A program made the position numbers and the translations under genes. Positions 39,100 through 52,340 of a stretch of 64,000 nucleotides of DNA are shown in pieces. Below the pieces are notes generated by a model. The model was not told the origin of the DNA and ran no database searches. It saw only the letters and a program-made list of their open reading frames with translations. The number at the start of each line of letters is the position of its first letter. The first letter of the stretch is position 1. Source of the stretch: Raillietiella orientalis (taxonomy: Eukaryota); the NCBI GenBank assembly GCA_036172245.1, contig JAYWIR010000022.1:558001-622000 (forward strand). Reading direction: 5' to 3'.

Positions 39100-40420
39100 A
39101 GCCGCGGAACACAGGGACGTCGACCGATGTTTCCGAACGGGATATGACCGCCGTCGCTCGTACTGTCCACCGGTTGGTCTTTCACGATTCGGTGTGAAAC
39201 GAGCTTGAGGTTTCCTTGTTTCTCGTGGTAGGCTGTCAAGCGAACATCTCGGGAAAACGCAGAGCTTCTCGCGGGAAAGCGTTGTGGTGCCAGATAGATG
39301 ACGCCACAACTTCGCAACACGCGATGGTCGCAACTTGACGGGTCACTTCTTGAGGTAGAAGAAGACACGCGCCTTTTGCAGTGACGTTCAGAAGCGTCAC
39401 AGGAAGGCAAAGTCGACGGACTGTCTCCTCTGCCTCTTGGTCGAGGGTTGATGATGGCGCATGCGTCAACTGCTTTTCAGGACAGCTCTTAACGATTTGC
39501 AGCGACCGGAAATCTCACCTCCTGGCGATGGCGTTGCTGAGGACTCGACGACCTCACTATTGCCTGCAGAAGCTCCCTTAAAGAGAGGATCGTCGCCCAC
39601 TCATCTTACGAATACCCCGCGTCGTCAGCCCGCTTTTTGGGAACCAGAAGACGCGAGGTGCGTAGAAGAGCTGCTTCCACCCTTCAACAGGACGCAGCAC
39701 CTTTCTCGTCGATGACCTTTTTCTTTCGGGGTTTCACTTTTGCACATTCGTGTCTTTCTGCTTTTGTCAGCTCAGAATGACCCTGACTAGAGTTTTTTCT
39801 TTTGATTTTTTCCAGTCAGCTTCTACTCCGTTCCTAAAGACATCCAGTGAACGCGCTGAACTCCTTGGCAAAGAGCAGCATCAAGTTTTCAACAGGTCGA
39901 AAATGTCTCGCTTTTTTTTTGCTCCCTCTCCTTTCCCTTCTTCTTCCATCCTGGGAGAATTCCCTTTCGGAACCACGATGCCCGGATTGATCGACTGGAA
40001 CGCCGAGTTCACTTGGCAGGACAACGTGTGCAGCTTTTTGTGGGACATGTGTCTTATCAATCATCCCAGAACTCTTGCTGTGCATGGAGTGTGCTATCCA
40101 GACTTTTCGTGAGATTACCCTCAGTGATCACTGTTGTTTCGGACTTTTTTCTTTTTTTTTTTTTTTTGCAACATCCACTTATCGGGGAAGCTTCGTCTGT
40201 TTTCCTTCCGTGGGGAAAACCCCGTTCCGTATCTGTGCTACTGAGGCCTAACTCTGCGAAGAGAAGGAAACCGTCTGGAACTTCTAGACGTGCATCATAG
40301 GCAGCTAACGGAAAGGACAACCACAGGTCATCGAAGCGATATGTCCCCCAAGTTGGTGCCAGTATGGATGTCTTCGGTGATTAGACTTCTGAAGGGAAAT
40401 CGCAATTACAGGCACTTCGA
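39100..40420 (-). mobile_element. Very decayed mariner-like transposase fragments
   Basis: RHCKRRVSSSTSRSDPS..RDVRLT..VSHRIV is reminiscent of the mariner HTH region (RFK.GR.S..D..RSGRPS, DRRLT, VHRIL). Weak. Confidence 0.3.
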
Positions 40421-43400
40421 TTTGCCGGATTTTAAGCTCCCTTCATTAATTCTGGAGGATTGAAGAAGAAATTAAAGGAGGAGTAATCGTTGAATGGGCG
40501 AGGAGGAAGGCTGCCAACTGCTCGCGTTTTCGGATTCCCGGGCAGCTAGAGGAATCAGACGGAACCTTTATGTATCTGGGATCGACTCATCATGCAAGAG
40601 GGGAAAAAAAAAGAAAAAACTGCGGAAAGCTTTTTCTTGGGAGTGCACGGATGCGGATTGCTCCAGCATAAGAAGGAAAATGTCTCGTGGAAGACCTGGA
40701 ATGCTTTTCCAGAATATCGCTTTAATTAAATTCATCCAGAAGTGGGAACGAATGCTTAAATTAACATTCTTAGGCACCGCCTACAGGTACTGCACGGACG
40801 AGGAATCATTTCATAACCGAAGAAAGCTTTATTGCAACGGAAATTCCGAGATAGGACGGGGGGAGGGGAGGGGGGGGGGGAGGAATGCGCGTGCATTCAG
40901 CGAGAACACGACTGTGTCGAAAAAAAGGCCAGAAATACATATCGGGCATCATCGCTGCAAATGACATTCGTCTGCCCCTGAACAGATAAACACCACGGGT
41001 GAAGTCCCCGGAAAAATGGGAAAAGAGTTCTCCACGCAAATACGGTCGCACCCCTTCGGTGACTCACTTTCCTCCTACGTCATTGGATCCCCATCTCTTC
41101 CTTCTCACGTTGGAGGGAAGAGTAAACATCCGCAGCCACCGAACGCGCACACCACGCGCACATCCCTTCCGGGACACCCATCTTCTCCGGGCTGCGTTCC
41201 ACGTTTGTTGCGGTGCGGGTCGTTTCCCGCCGGTTCGTGTCCGTGTTTGGTGTACCGGGAGGTGTGCTTTGGGTTCCCGCTCCGTCGCGGATATCCACCT
41301 GCGCGCATTCGATTTCGCAAAAAAAAAAAAAAGGGGGGGGGAGGGGGAAAATCCCCCCCGTTGCCTTAGCCAGAATGGGGAGCGATTTGCTAGGTGGTTC
41401 CACCGTGAACGGAAAGGAAATGTTTCATGCGGACGTCGCAGGCGGAACTTTGCAGGAAATTTCCCAGGGATCGGGAACGAGGCCGCGAGGCTAAAAATAC
41501 TCGGGAGGGGGGAGGGGGGGGGGAGGACAACAACAATGAGCGAATCTATCGATCCAACAAGTGGTGGCTCGCGGTCGCGCGGGCTGAAAGCGGCGCGCGT
41601 CCCCGCTGCACGGTTCCCGCGTGCGTCCCTGCAGCATCTGCGTGCGTTCCGGGGGGGGGGGGGAGGTCAGCTTCTGCGGCAGGGTGCGGATCAAAAAGGC
41701 CGAACGTTTATCCCTACAAGCAATCCGTGATTTTTGTGTATTTCCTTTCGACGCGCTGGAAACGGGGAAACCCTGAAGATTCGCGCGCGCGTTTGCGATG
41801 GGAAATATGCGGCCGCGAAAGAGACGGATCGAATTTCGCAGAAGGCAGCCGTCGCGGTGCCACCGGCGCGCAGGCCGGAGCCCGGAGGCTCCCCGGACCT
41901 GAAAATGATCTTGGGAGGTGCGCCCGCGAACGAAAGCGATGCAGTCGGGGGGCTCGACGCAGCCGAAGCTCCGGAGACAAAGAAAGACACGCACACGTGA
42001 CCCGGACGTGCTACCAGCGTTGCGCCGATTTTCTGTTTCGTTTGCGTGAATTTTTCATCCTTTGTTTTCCCGTTCTTCAACGGTGGGTTTCACGAGAAGA
42101 GAGCTCGGCAGGACCTCACGCGCAGCGTGAAGGGAACGCTCGCTTCCCACGTGGCAGCCAGACAAGCCCCCAAAAAAATCGGCTTCCCGGAGTTTCGCTA
42201 CGGCGAGGCTCGCTGTGATCGTCTGGTGCCCGCACTCCGTGAACTGTGGCCTGTGGGGATGCGTTTTCGTTCGGTCCACACGGCCGCAGTGCGGGAGGAG
42301 AGGGAGTGAAAAATTCCCGGAGCGAACAAGTCGAAGGATCCGAAGTGGACGCGGTCGCTCGGGATCGGTGTGTCCGATGATGGCTTCGCCGGGTGCGGAA
42401 GTCGAGCAGTGTACGGGTGCCTGATGGCGCGCAAGCGCTCCCGGTCGGCACTCGGGCAACGGTACTCTTGATTGTGAACCGCCTTCGGGCCGCTCGCACT
42501 CCCATCGGATAGGGGGATAGATAAGAAAGGGGTGGGGAAGTTTCGTGCGGCTTGCTGCTTCTCCGGCTGGCGATCTGCAGGTCTTGGGAGACGGTCTTGA
42601 GCGGGTCCCAAGACCGTTGATCGGGGAGGGGCACCCCTTTCTTCTCTTATGACCCGTTTCGAGGGAGGGGCACTCTCATTCCTTGCTCCCCTCTGCTCCA
42701 GCTCGACTCGGATACGGTACGCTTGCGGGTTGGAACGTCGAAAGCCGACGTCAGTTTCCTTTCTGCGACCCGCCCTGCCGCCGTAGTTCCGTGACTTTCC
42801 GGTATCCCGTCCACCGAGTGGCTGCCATGCCGAGGACTGGCCTCCTTTGTTTTCCCTTCATCGCAAGCCGGGAAAGTTCTTTCCCTTCCCTTCGCTTCCG
42901 CTTGCTCCTCTTCCTCCTCCTCTTCTTCTTCGTCTCTTCAGTCATCGCCCTGGTCACGTTTTCTCGCATCTGCGAGTGTTGACAGCGAGCTCAAGTACGC
43001 CGCAGCGTCTTCGTCGTTGTCATGGTTCCGATGCGTCAGCAACGACAGTTAACCTGGCCGCTGGCAAACGCAGGAACCGCTCTTCCCGTGCTCGCGCGTT
43101 GGCACCTCTCCGAGGTGGTGGGCGCACTTATGCGCCCTCCCCCGCGAGCCGGCGTGCTTGCCGTGCAGGGGAAGAAGGGACTCGTTCCGGCGGGACCTGC
43201 ACCCTTGGAAGATCTCCAAGGGAGAGAGAAACATCCGTCTTCCCCAGTCTGCCTTTGGGCCGCAGGTGCGCGGGCCCCGCACCACCGCGTGGCGGGATTG
43301 CGGCGCCTCGCGTCTCTGGAGCGGGACCTGGTCGCTGCGCTGTTTGCCGAGCGGACTGCAGGCAGACACGAGGAAGGGCCGATGCAAAGTCACTTCGGAG

Positions 43401-43639
43401 GTTGCTGCCACCTCTGCGTGCGAGAGGATGCGTAAAGATAGGAGGGGGCTGCTTTCTGTGTGTGTGTGTGTGTGCGCGCGCGCGCGCTCATGAGTCAGCT
43501 CGCAGGTCGGGGAAGTTGGGGCGAGGCGTCAGCATCGCGCACACGAGGGGGAGGCGGAGGGGTCTCTCTCTCTCTCTCTTTCTCTCCGTTTCCGTCTCTC
43601 TGGGGGAGTCGGGAGCGGAGGACGGGCCACCTCGTGCTT

Positions 43640-43950
43640 CCACTCTGTAGTGGGGGTAGCCTTGTCTGCGCAGAGGTGCCCAGGTCAGAGTCGCCTCGCG
43701 CTGGCGTCTGGCACAAGGGTTGTCCCAACGGTGCCCGCTCCAAGGGTTGGACAGGAACCGGGCAGCGTGGGCACCCGTTGAGAATGCGGCGGAAAGACCC
43801 AAGACCTCTCCTCCTGCCCGGGGCGCCGACTCTCTCAACAGTCAGGGAGAGGCGTCATCTGCGATCCCTCTCCTGGCGGGCTGGCCGCTTCGTCCCCTCC
43901 GGGTATCCTCCTGCCAGTCGGGATGCCGGAGCACTGTGCCCGTCGTCAAG
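43640..43950 (-). mobile_element. Further decayed copy of the L1/Tx1-like zf-RVT region
   Basis: Shares gcgccgactct and ggatgccg.agca with the other copies; translation includes RESAP..NPCARRQREATL. Confidence 0.35.
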
Positions 43951-44329
43951 GGAGATGGAAGGGAAGGGAGAGAGGGGGACGGCAGGGAATCCGCCGCTTC
44001 AAGCACTGGCCTTTTCCTTCTCGAAAAAAAGAAATCCTTTTGGGTTCTTTTCTGTCTTCGCTGTTTTTTCCCTTCCAGCATTTTTTTCCAGGTTTTTCAG
44101 GTTTTATTTTTTTTTTGGTTCACTAAGTACCTCAGGAGCCAGTCGCGTGCCTCGCGGCGCACGTGGCTCTTTAAACAACACTGTTTAGTTTCCACGCCAC
44201 TCCATCTGTAGCAGCCCGCAGGGGGGGATGTAAATTGTTCAGTGTAATTCTTCAGGATAGGGGACACCTTGGGAAGGGGGTTCTCCCTATGAATCCAGGA
44301 AGGGCTCGGAGTCCGTTCCTCCCACCCTG

Positions 44330-44535
44330 GTTGTCTCCGAAGGGGAACCCCGAAGGGGATCTCCTTCCTCATTCTCTCCGAGGGACACCCACCTAATAGG
44401 GAGGGTGGTCCTCTCCATTTCATCTTCTCCGAAGGGAACCCGGGAAGGATCCGCTAGTAGGAATTTCTTCTCCGGAGGGAACCCGCAAGGGAATTGCTCC
44501 TGTTCACTCCTCTAAAGATAACTCCGAAGGGACGC
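44330..44535. repeat. Degenerate ~45-bp-period repeat (core ccgRagggaaccc), probably part of a retroelement ORF
   Basis: The core recurs at ~44337, 44378, 44429, 44472 and 44524. Confidence 0.5.
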
Positions 44536-45067
44536 TTCCGAAATTCAGAAGGGGCGCTGCAGCTTTCCGCAGGGGGAAAGGTTGAACAACTGGAGAGGTG
44601 CCTGTGAAGGTTCCTGCTCCATCTTGAAACCGGAGGGGTCCACCCGGTGTGGGGGTTCCGCTCTCCGTTGCACGACCGGAGGATGAACTCCCCACTCCTT
44701 GATTTCTGGAAGGTCCCGAAGGTCGACTCCCATTGTTCGGGCCTTCATCGGGGGTCTCCAGCTTAAACCACCACCTGTGCGACGCCTTTCACTTCCCCCT
44801 CCTCGATCCTTCCTCTCCGACGGCCGCAGAACCTTTCCTGATCGGTTTCCCGGAAACGAGCGGGTTGTCTTCTCGCGGGAATTTGATCCGCCAGCTCTAT
44901 CCCCGTCTCCCGCGGCAGAGGATCCACGATGGAGGTTGCTCTTCCGTCCTGGAGCTTCTTCCCGTAGTCGGGGATACCTGAAGCTCGGGGCAGACCTTTT
45001 CTTCCCTTCGAGCGATCCCGCACCCTCGCGGTTTCCCCTATTCCCCACCTGTTGCCATCCTCTAGTA

Positions 45068-45119
45068 TCCATTCCTGGCAGCGAGGCGTGAGGCAACACG
45101 CCTCGCTGCCAGGAATGGA
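45068..45119. repeat. Perfect 23-bp inverted repeat with a 6-nt loop
   Basis: tccattcctggcagcgaggcgtg-aggcaa-cacgcctcgctgccaggaatgga. Confidence 0.95.
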
Positions 45120-48100
45120 CTTGCCTTCCCTCCTCCCTGTAGCCCCCTTGCCGGAAGCTCCGGGGAGCCGGTCGCGCTCCCTGGAGGCCGCTCTAGGCCG
45201 ACGGGGAAGCGGACGGAGGTGCGTCCTCCCCCCAGATCGAGGGAGACTCCATCTCTTCCTCCGCTTCCGGGAGGAAGAAGTTGAAATGCGGCAGTCCATT
45301 CGTCCCTGCTCCATGGCCCCGACGCACCTTCATCCCATCCCGCAGCCGCCTCCGCCCCTGCTTTGCCGGGATGGCGGCAGCGCTTCTCGTGGGCATCCGC
45401 CGCATTCCGGGGTCGACCAGCCAGGCTGGGGTGGGATGGTGTGTCAGCATTTCCCTGTCCTTGCGCGCAGAGTTGGACTAGCCTGTCTCGTTCCCTCCGC
45501 GCTCCCGATCCCTTGGGAAGCACCTTACGATGCGGGTCCCCAGACCCCCGGGCTGGCAATCAATCCACCCGTTACATTTCTCTCCTTGCGGGTGCGTCGG
45601 ACTCTTGGGAAGTTCCAGTTGGCACTCGGAGGTCGCGGACGAAGGGAGAGCCCTTTTTCTCTCCCCTAATGTGGCCTCCAGGTTCCTTTCTGACGGCGGG
45701 CTGGTAGTCGATGCGCACTGCTTCTGGCTCTTCCTGCTCCCCTCCCTCTTACCCAGTGCTGGAGGGAGGTCACACGAACTCGCAGAGCCAAGCGGGATGC
45801 AGTGCATGAAGGGGGAGGCGAGGGGACTGCCCTGGAGCTCGCTATCGTGACTTCAAGGGACTCATGCTGTGGAAAGAGCCGGATGACTCTGACCTTCGAC
45901 CCAGAGCCATTCGGTCTCCAACGGTCAACATCGCAGCCTCTCCATGCTCTCGCGGAGGCGTCCTTGCCCAGCCTCGGCGCTTCCCCGCATCGCGACTCTC
46001 GAGGGAAGCTCACCCGTCGCCTTCCCCACCGCTGACACAGAAGAGTCGCCGTAACGGAGAGTTGCTTCAGCCCGGGGCTGCATCCAAGGCGAAGCCCAAC
46101 TTTGCCTGACTCTCGCCGCCTACCGACTTCCACCAAGAAGGCACCTTTTGTCATTCCTCTGCAGCCTTTCCTCCCCCCCTCCCTTGCCGAGTAGACTCAG
46201 CTCCATCCCTGACTCCGCGTCTTCCTTCCCAGCTCGCCAGTTCTCTGCCCCAGGCACGGGATGCCACTATTCTGGACCGCACGAAACATGCATGCGAGGG
46301 CGCTTCTTGACCGCCCTCGCATGAGCCTGGCCCTCTTCCTTGGCGATGCTCCCCGTCCGAGGTGCGTCTGTCGAACCCCTACCCTCTCCAAGGCACAAGC
46401 TTTCCCCAAACTGGACCGTTTGGAGAAGAAGCAAGAGACGAGTGGATGGGGTGGGGGAGTGGGATATATGCATGTGAATGAGTTTGTGTGTGCATGTGTG
46501 TGTGGTGGTGGGGAGGAAGAGGGAGGCAGAGATGTCCCGCGGGGATGCTGACCCTAAGTGAAGGTCCCCTCGTGGGCGGTTGTTGCAGTGCTCCAGCTCT
46601 TTCTATTGCAGCCGAGCTGATGGGTCTCCGGAGTGCCTTTTCTAGGGAAAGGCTGCCGCTCTAGGAGACGGCGGTGACAATACGCCGAGAACTGCGCGCT
46701 CCTTCCTCTCGGGGCTCTCAAGGAGAAAACTCCTTCGACCCTCCGCTGCTCCTGCTTTGATGGTCTGCTGGGCAGCGAGTGGCTACGCAAAGTAACAGGA
46801 AGGCTACTCTAGAAGACCGCTGCCCTCTGAGCCGCCCTTCCTGCTCCCGAAGCGTCCCATGGGTGCCATCTCGCTCCGGCAGCGGGCGGAAGGAGGAAAG
46901 GAGAAAAGAAAGGGATGCGAGCTTTTTGTTCCTCCAGTGCCAGCGGAGGGGAGGATTCCGGGCTCGTGGACTTGTGGGCCGGAAGCCTCTTCGTGGGAGG
47001 AAGGAATCGCCATGCAGAGGGGAACAGGTCTCAGGTTTTCCACTTCCTCGCAAGAGGGGGAAGACGAAAAGGGTGCATCCCGGGAGCGGGCGAATGAGAA
47101 CGTTGGTGATTAAGATGGGCAGGGCATCGCTCGTCGCTCGGAACGGTGTTCACAGGAAGGAGGTTGGAACTCAGGGCTTCGAGCGTGCACATTCCAAACG
47201 TCGCCCGTCTTCACTTTCCCCAGTGTCTGTATTTCATAGAAGTATGCGGTTTCATTTATATGTCCTTACTTATTATGAATTATTATTAGTCTAAACATTT
47301 AGGGCATTATATCATTCAAAACGTATTCTTCTAAAACTGTCTTGCGCACGGGCAGTATCATAGGCGAGGAAGGCGACTGAGCCATGATTATTGCTAGTTG
47401 AAAACTTCTAAAACTGTCAAGATATTGTTATAAGTATTACATCAAATATCAAGTATCGGATAAAACGTTGTATGAATCAGTAATTATCAAATAAAGATCC
47501 ACATAACAAAACAAAATCTGATAACTATTTTATGCGGAGTTAAAATGCGTTTTTCATAAATAAAAATGTCTAAAATATGAAATACTGCAAAGCCTTCTCA
47601 AACCGACGCTGATCCCATACCTCGGAGATTCCGACTTGCACACTCGGCCATCACCCCCTCTGCCTCTCTCTCTGCAGCCTCCTCGTGCCAGGGCCGTCGG
47701 TGAGCGCCCCCCCCCCCCCCTCCTCTGTCGCGACGAGAAACCGCCTAGGCCCGCCGGAGGGTGGGGCGAGCGGAGCCACCCCTCGGTGGGGTGGCCGTCC
47801 GCGGGGGGCTCGAAGGCTCGTCGCCGATACGCGCGCGCGGGCGGATTCGCCTTCGCCCCGGCCCTCGCGGGCTGATCCTCGTGAGGAGATGTGACGGCAC
47901 CGTCCTTCGCTTCCCGGATCGCGTCCGGTCTCGCAGGGTCGATCGCTCAGAGCAGAGAGCTCCGAACGAATCTCCCCAATCCGTCCGGATGCATGTAATT
48001 TCGCGACAGCCGCCTCCCGGCTCCAAGGTGACACGGGTTCTCCCTCTCTCTTTTGCCCGCGCCCTGGACACGCGGCGAGAAGCGAAACTCGCAAGCAACC

Positions 48101-51100
48101 AACGAACGGGGGGAGGAGGGGAGGGGTGGAGGAGATCCGATGGGAGTGGGGGAAAGGGAGCTTTGATAGTGGCGCGCGCGCGGCGTGATGCGTGAGACCG
48201 GGCAGGAAGTTTTCTGAATCTTCCGACTGGGAAGAAACCTGCAATCAGGGAAGCCGAGGGGATGCAAGCCGAAAGGGAATGGCGTCACAGCGCAGCGCCG
48301 GGAGAGGGCCGCGACGCCGCTCTCGAACATGCAGGTGCTGATCGCGGCCCTAAAAAAACACGCTGCGCAAGCCGCTTGAAGGAGAAAGTGAGGGGAATAC
48401 CGAGTACAAGAGGCTCCAGGACGTTCCGTTTCGGAAAGAGCCAGCAGCACCTGCTCTCGCTCGAGTGGGGAGCAAAAAACGCAAACAGGTTTTCGAGATG
48501 CCTTGGCAGAAGGAGCTGCACGATCTCAGGCATCCTTTGCGGCTCGCAGAGGACTGGCATGACCGTAGTAGCCTAAGGGGGCTTTCCACTTTTTCGGGGT
48601 GATTCCTGCGCGAAGGAAGGTTTTTTTTTTTTTTTCTTTCTTCTACACACGACCGATGCCTCATGCTTTTCTTTTTCTGCCGAAGCGTGCCTTTAGCAAG
48701 CTAATAGCTGCAGCATTCACGGGACGAAATTGCCCAGAACTGCAATTTTGCAGAGCGATTGCGACCGAGGCCGCGAGGCTAAAAATATTCGGGGGGGGGA
48801 GGAGGGGGGGGGAGGGAGGACAACAACAATGAGCGAATCTATCGATCCAACAAGTGGTGGCTCGCGGTCGCGCGGGCTGAAAGCGGCGCGTCCCCGCTGC
48901 ACGGTTCCCGCGTGCGTCCCTGCAGCATCTGCGTGCGTTCCGGGGGGGGAGGAGGTCAGCTTCGCTGATTCTGCGGCAGGGTTCCAATTAAAAAACAAAA
49001 AAGGGAAATCGACAGATCGCTTTCCAGCACTCCTGTGAACGCATGTCTACACGAGAACGGGAAGGTGGAGACCAAAGCAGTGCATCCTCGTGTCCGAAAA
49101 ACACCGCGCCAGCAGGATCGAGCAACACGTCGCAAATTCCCAAACGGACAGACGCTGTGTGTCGCCGCCTTGCTTTCGGCGCTCGGTTCCCGGAAGGCCG
49201 CAGCTTTCATGTATCCTGAGGAAGCACCTCTGCTCGGCAGACGGAATCTTCCACGTTGACGCGACTCGGGAGACGGCACGCATGCAGATGAGATCTTGCT
49301 TTCACGCTGGAGCCCCGGTCCGATTTGCTGATGCGTTCCGGATCACTGTTCCACGACATCATTTCCCATTACGAGTTGGTTCAAGAGAGATACATGGCAA
49401 TCGCTCCAGATCGCTCTTTGAGAAGCCTCGGCTAATTTCTTCAACACCGAAAAGCAGTCACGAGGTGGATCCATGGCCCTCTGGATTGCATCACGAGTGA
49501 ATCCCCTTCCCCCCTTCTGCCCACCTTCCTCGCCTCTCGGAGGAGCGGCATGCTTGTGCCTGTTGCACAGCACCACTCAGAGGTTTCCCTGCTCCACTTG
49601 CAGTGCTCCTTTCGCGGAGGCGACTCAAGACGCCTGTGAACCTCTTCCCTACCCTCGCTGTCTCGAGATGGAGGTGCTGCCACCATACATTCACACGGAC
49701 AGAGGCACTTTGATCTTAGCCAAAAGGCCGAGAAGCGAAGGCACGGGCTCGCCTTATGCTGCTCTTGAGAAAGTTGCTGCACACATGCAGGCAGAGCGCG
49801 CTATTAGTCCAGCAAGTGACTCCGGGAAAGGGCGGCGGTCTGCCACGAACTGGCGAGCTGCAGACCGAGAGGAGGAGGAGGAGGAGGAGGAGAATAAGGA
49901 ATGGTGATGAGGACGAAGGTGGGGAGAAAGAGGAAGGCCACGCTCACGCAAGAAAGGACTTCGACTGGCGTCGGAGTTCGCAAGGAGCTGCGCCCCTTCC
50001 GGGCGGAGAGACGAGAGGATCAAATCAGGAAGGGGTGGATGCCATTGCTGAAGCAGGGGATCTGCTCCTGACTGGAGCTCCTTCTGTACCTCACCCTGCT
50101 GCTGCTCAAACATCCTGCCTGTCCTTCTGCTCGGGAAGCTACTGGAAGCAGTCGGGAGCTTCTTGTGGCGCAAACTCAGCCGCGATCCAGGACCCTTCGC
50201 TTGGGGAAGATGCGGACTGAAAGGAATCGACTCGAGACCGTCGCGCAGGAGGTAATCTGGTGGGCGGATCACGGGAGCACGAGGGACGCCTTCGGCCGGG
50301 ATGGCCACGCCTCCTCGGAAGCTCATCCTCGAGAGGTCGTTGTCCCGCAACGCTTGCAACTGCAGCTTCATTTCTCAGGATGGTGCTTTCTCGAAGCGAT
50401 GTGGATGGGAAGAAGGGAGGAAGGGGGAGGGGGGAACAAGGCGAGTGAGAAGAGACACACTGAGCCCCCGACGGCCCTATATGTCAGGGTAGACTTCACT
50501 CATGCCCCCAAGTCCACCCTTGTCGTCCCATTCTGGAGCTGGTGCCCAGCCACCGCCAACATGGACTGCGAGAAGGGAATACCTGATGCCGCAATACCAC
50601 CTTTTCGTCCGGGAATCGCCCGGGAGCGGAGGGGAGGACGATGTGAGGACAAGCTGCGTTGTACCGCGCTCACTCTCTGCATCCAGGCCGGTTCTGCGTC
50701 TCCCCAGATGTGTCTATAAATAGGCGCGTCCGCGTCCGCGCTAAAAATACAGAAAAAGGCGAAGGCGGGGAGGAAGCGGAGGGGGGGAGGGTAAGACGCT
50801 GCTCGTGGAAGCAACGGAAACAGCCAGCGTAACATTCCCCCCCCCCTCCCCCCTCCCAGAGGAAGGGGAAAACTCGCACAGGGTTCTCTTTTTCCTCGGG
50901 AGGAAGGGAGGTCATCTGCGCGTGTTTGAGTGGTATCGCCCACCTCACGATCTCTGCTCCGCCTCGCGCACAGGTCACTCCCAACGGCCGCCGTGCGGCT
51001 CCAGCTGCTGAGCAATGGCGAAGGACAGCCTTTCCGTGGAGGTCTTCACCCTTTTGAAGGTCCACGACGACGACCCGACGGTGGCACCGCTTTCGAGACG

Positions 51101-51929
51101 AGGGTGGCACCTCTGCCGTGAGGCGGCAGCCACCGACGAGACGACGCGCCTCCGCGGGAGGCGGGAAGGGGCGTGAGCAACCCTGACCCGACGTGGTGTA
51201 TCTCCCGGCGCGATCGCGGAGGGAGATGGGGAGGAGGAGGAGGATCTCTTCCTCGCAGCATCCGTGAAGCCGGTGCCTGCCTGTCGCCCGTTCAAGCTCG
51301 CTGGACCAGAGAGCCACAGGTCCGCAGCCAGCGCGCGCGCGGCGGTTTCCATGGAAACAGCTCCGAGCCTCCGGGAACTCTTCTCCGCTTCCTGGGGGGT
51401 CGCGACAGGGAGCGACCTCTGCTCGCTCTTGGCGGTTCGCCGCCGCTTCCTAGCTGACAGGGCGGGAAGGGACGTGGAGGCGAAGAGGACAGGAAGGAGG
51501 GGTAACCTCAGGGACGCGGCGAGATCGGAGGGGCTTCCTTGCGCTCCAGGAAGTTTCCCGCCAGTTTTCCTTCTCTCGTTTTCCCGTGGGCAGTCCTCCG
51601 CACAGAGAGATGCACCACGGAGAGCAGAGGTCGGGGCGGGTGGGTGAGCGGGTGGCCGCGGAGCCCCCCGGCGGCATGCAGCACCGTGGGAACACGAACG
51701 CGGGGGGAGAGAAAAACAGTCGGCACGGCGACCCAGAGCGCACCGTCCCGCGTGCTCCTTCGGATGCTGCCGGCTTCGGGGTCTGAAGTCAACCCGGCGG
51801 GATGGGGAAGGGAGCAGCATGGCCTCCTCGAGCTCGGGATGCAGCTGCTGCCTTGCCTCGGCGAGCTCGCCTTGTTTTCTTTTTTTCTTTCTGAGGGTGG
51901 GGGCTGGAGACATCCCCTCGCACTGGGCG

Positions 51930-52340
51930 AACCTTCCCTCCGGGTCAGCGCCCTCACATCATCATGGCGTGAGGGAGGCAACGTTCTCCAAATGGCTCGC
52001 TGCTTCGGCGGGTGTTCTTCTCCTGTGCGGGAAATTTAAGGAGGCATCCGAATGCACGCACCTTCTCACTCGGTACCACGTCCACACCGTCACGAGCGGG
52101 CGTGACGTCACCACAATAAAAAGCTGTTCCATGCGTAGTAGCATGCGTGCTAACCATCCCTTTCGCAAGTAGCCGAGCAGTCTTGGTGCCTGGACATCCC
52201 GCTTCTTCCCATTGTTTTCCCCTTTGTCTTGGTCCAGGTCCAGAAGGTTCCTGATGCCATCGGAAATGGGAGGCTTCGTGATTCGAAACAAAGCCGCTCG
52301 CATCGCCGCGTTCTCTTCGTGAGTGCGCCATTTTGAAGCC
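51930..52340 (-). mobile_element. Decayed L1/Tx1-like reverse transcriptase fragment
   Basis: ISDGIRNLLDLDQDKG (cf. LL.LDQEKAFD) followed by QLFIVVTSRPLV..YRVRRCV (cf. .LY....S.V.VNG....F.V.RGVRQG). Confidence 0.5.

Larger units (their letters stand above)
41478..48981 (+). repeat. Pair of near-identical ~210-bp GC-rich direct repeats (41478-41683 and 48766-48981)
   Basis: The block cgaggccgcgaggctaaaaata..ggacaacaacaatgagcgaatctatcgatccaacaagtggtggctcgcggtcgcgcgggctgaaagcggcgcg..gcatctgcgtgcgttccggg..ggaggtcagcttc is present twice. Differences are mainly in G-run length and small indels. Confidence 0.92.

Noticed and set aside
40190..40320. Possible HDV-like ribozyme (gcagctaa followed by cggaaag)
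   Set aside because: P1, P3/L3 and P1.1 could not be built in the required order.
41478..48981. LTR retrotransposon reading of the 210-bp direct repeats
   Set aside because: No TG/CA termini, PBS, PPT or gag-pol order. The internal fragments are LINE-like.
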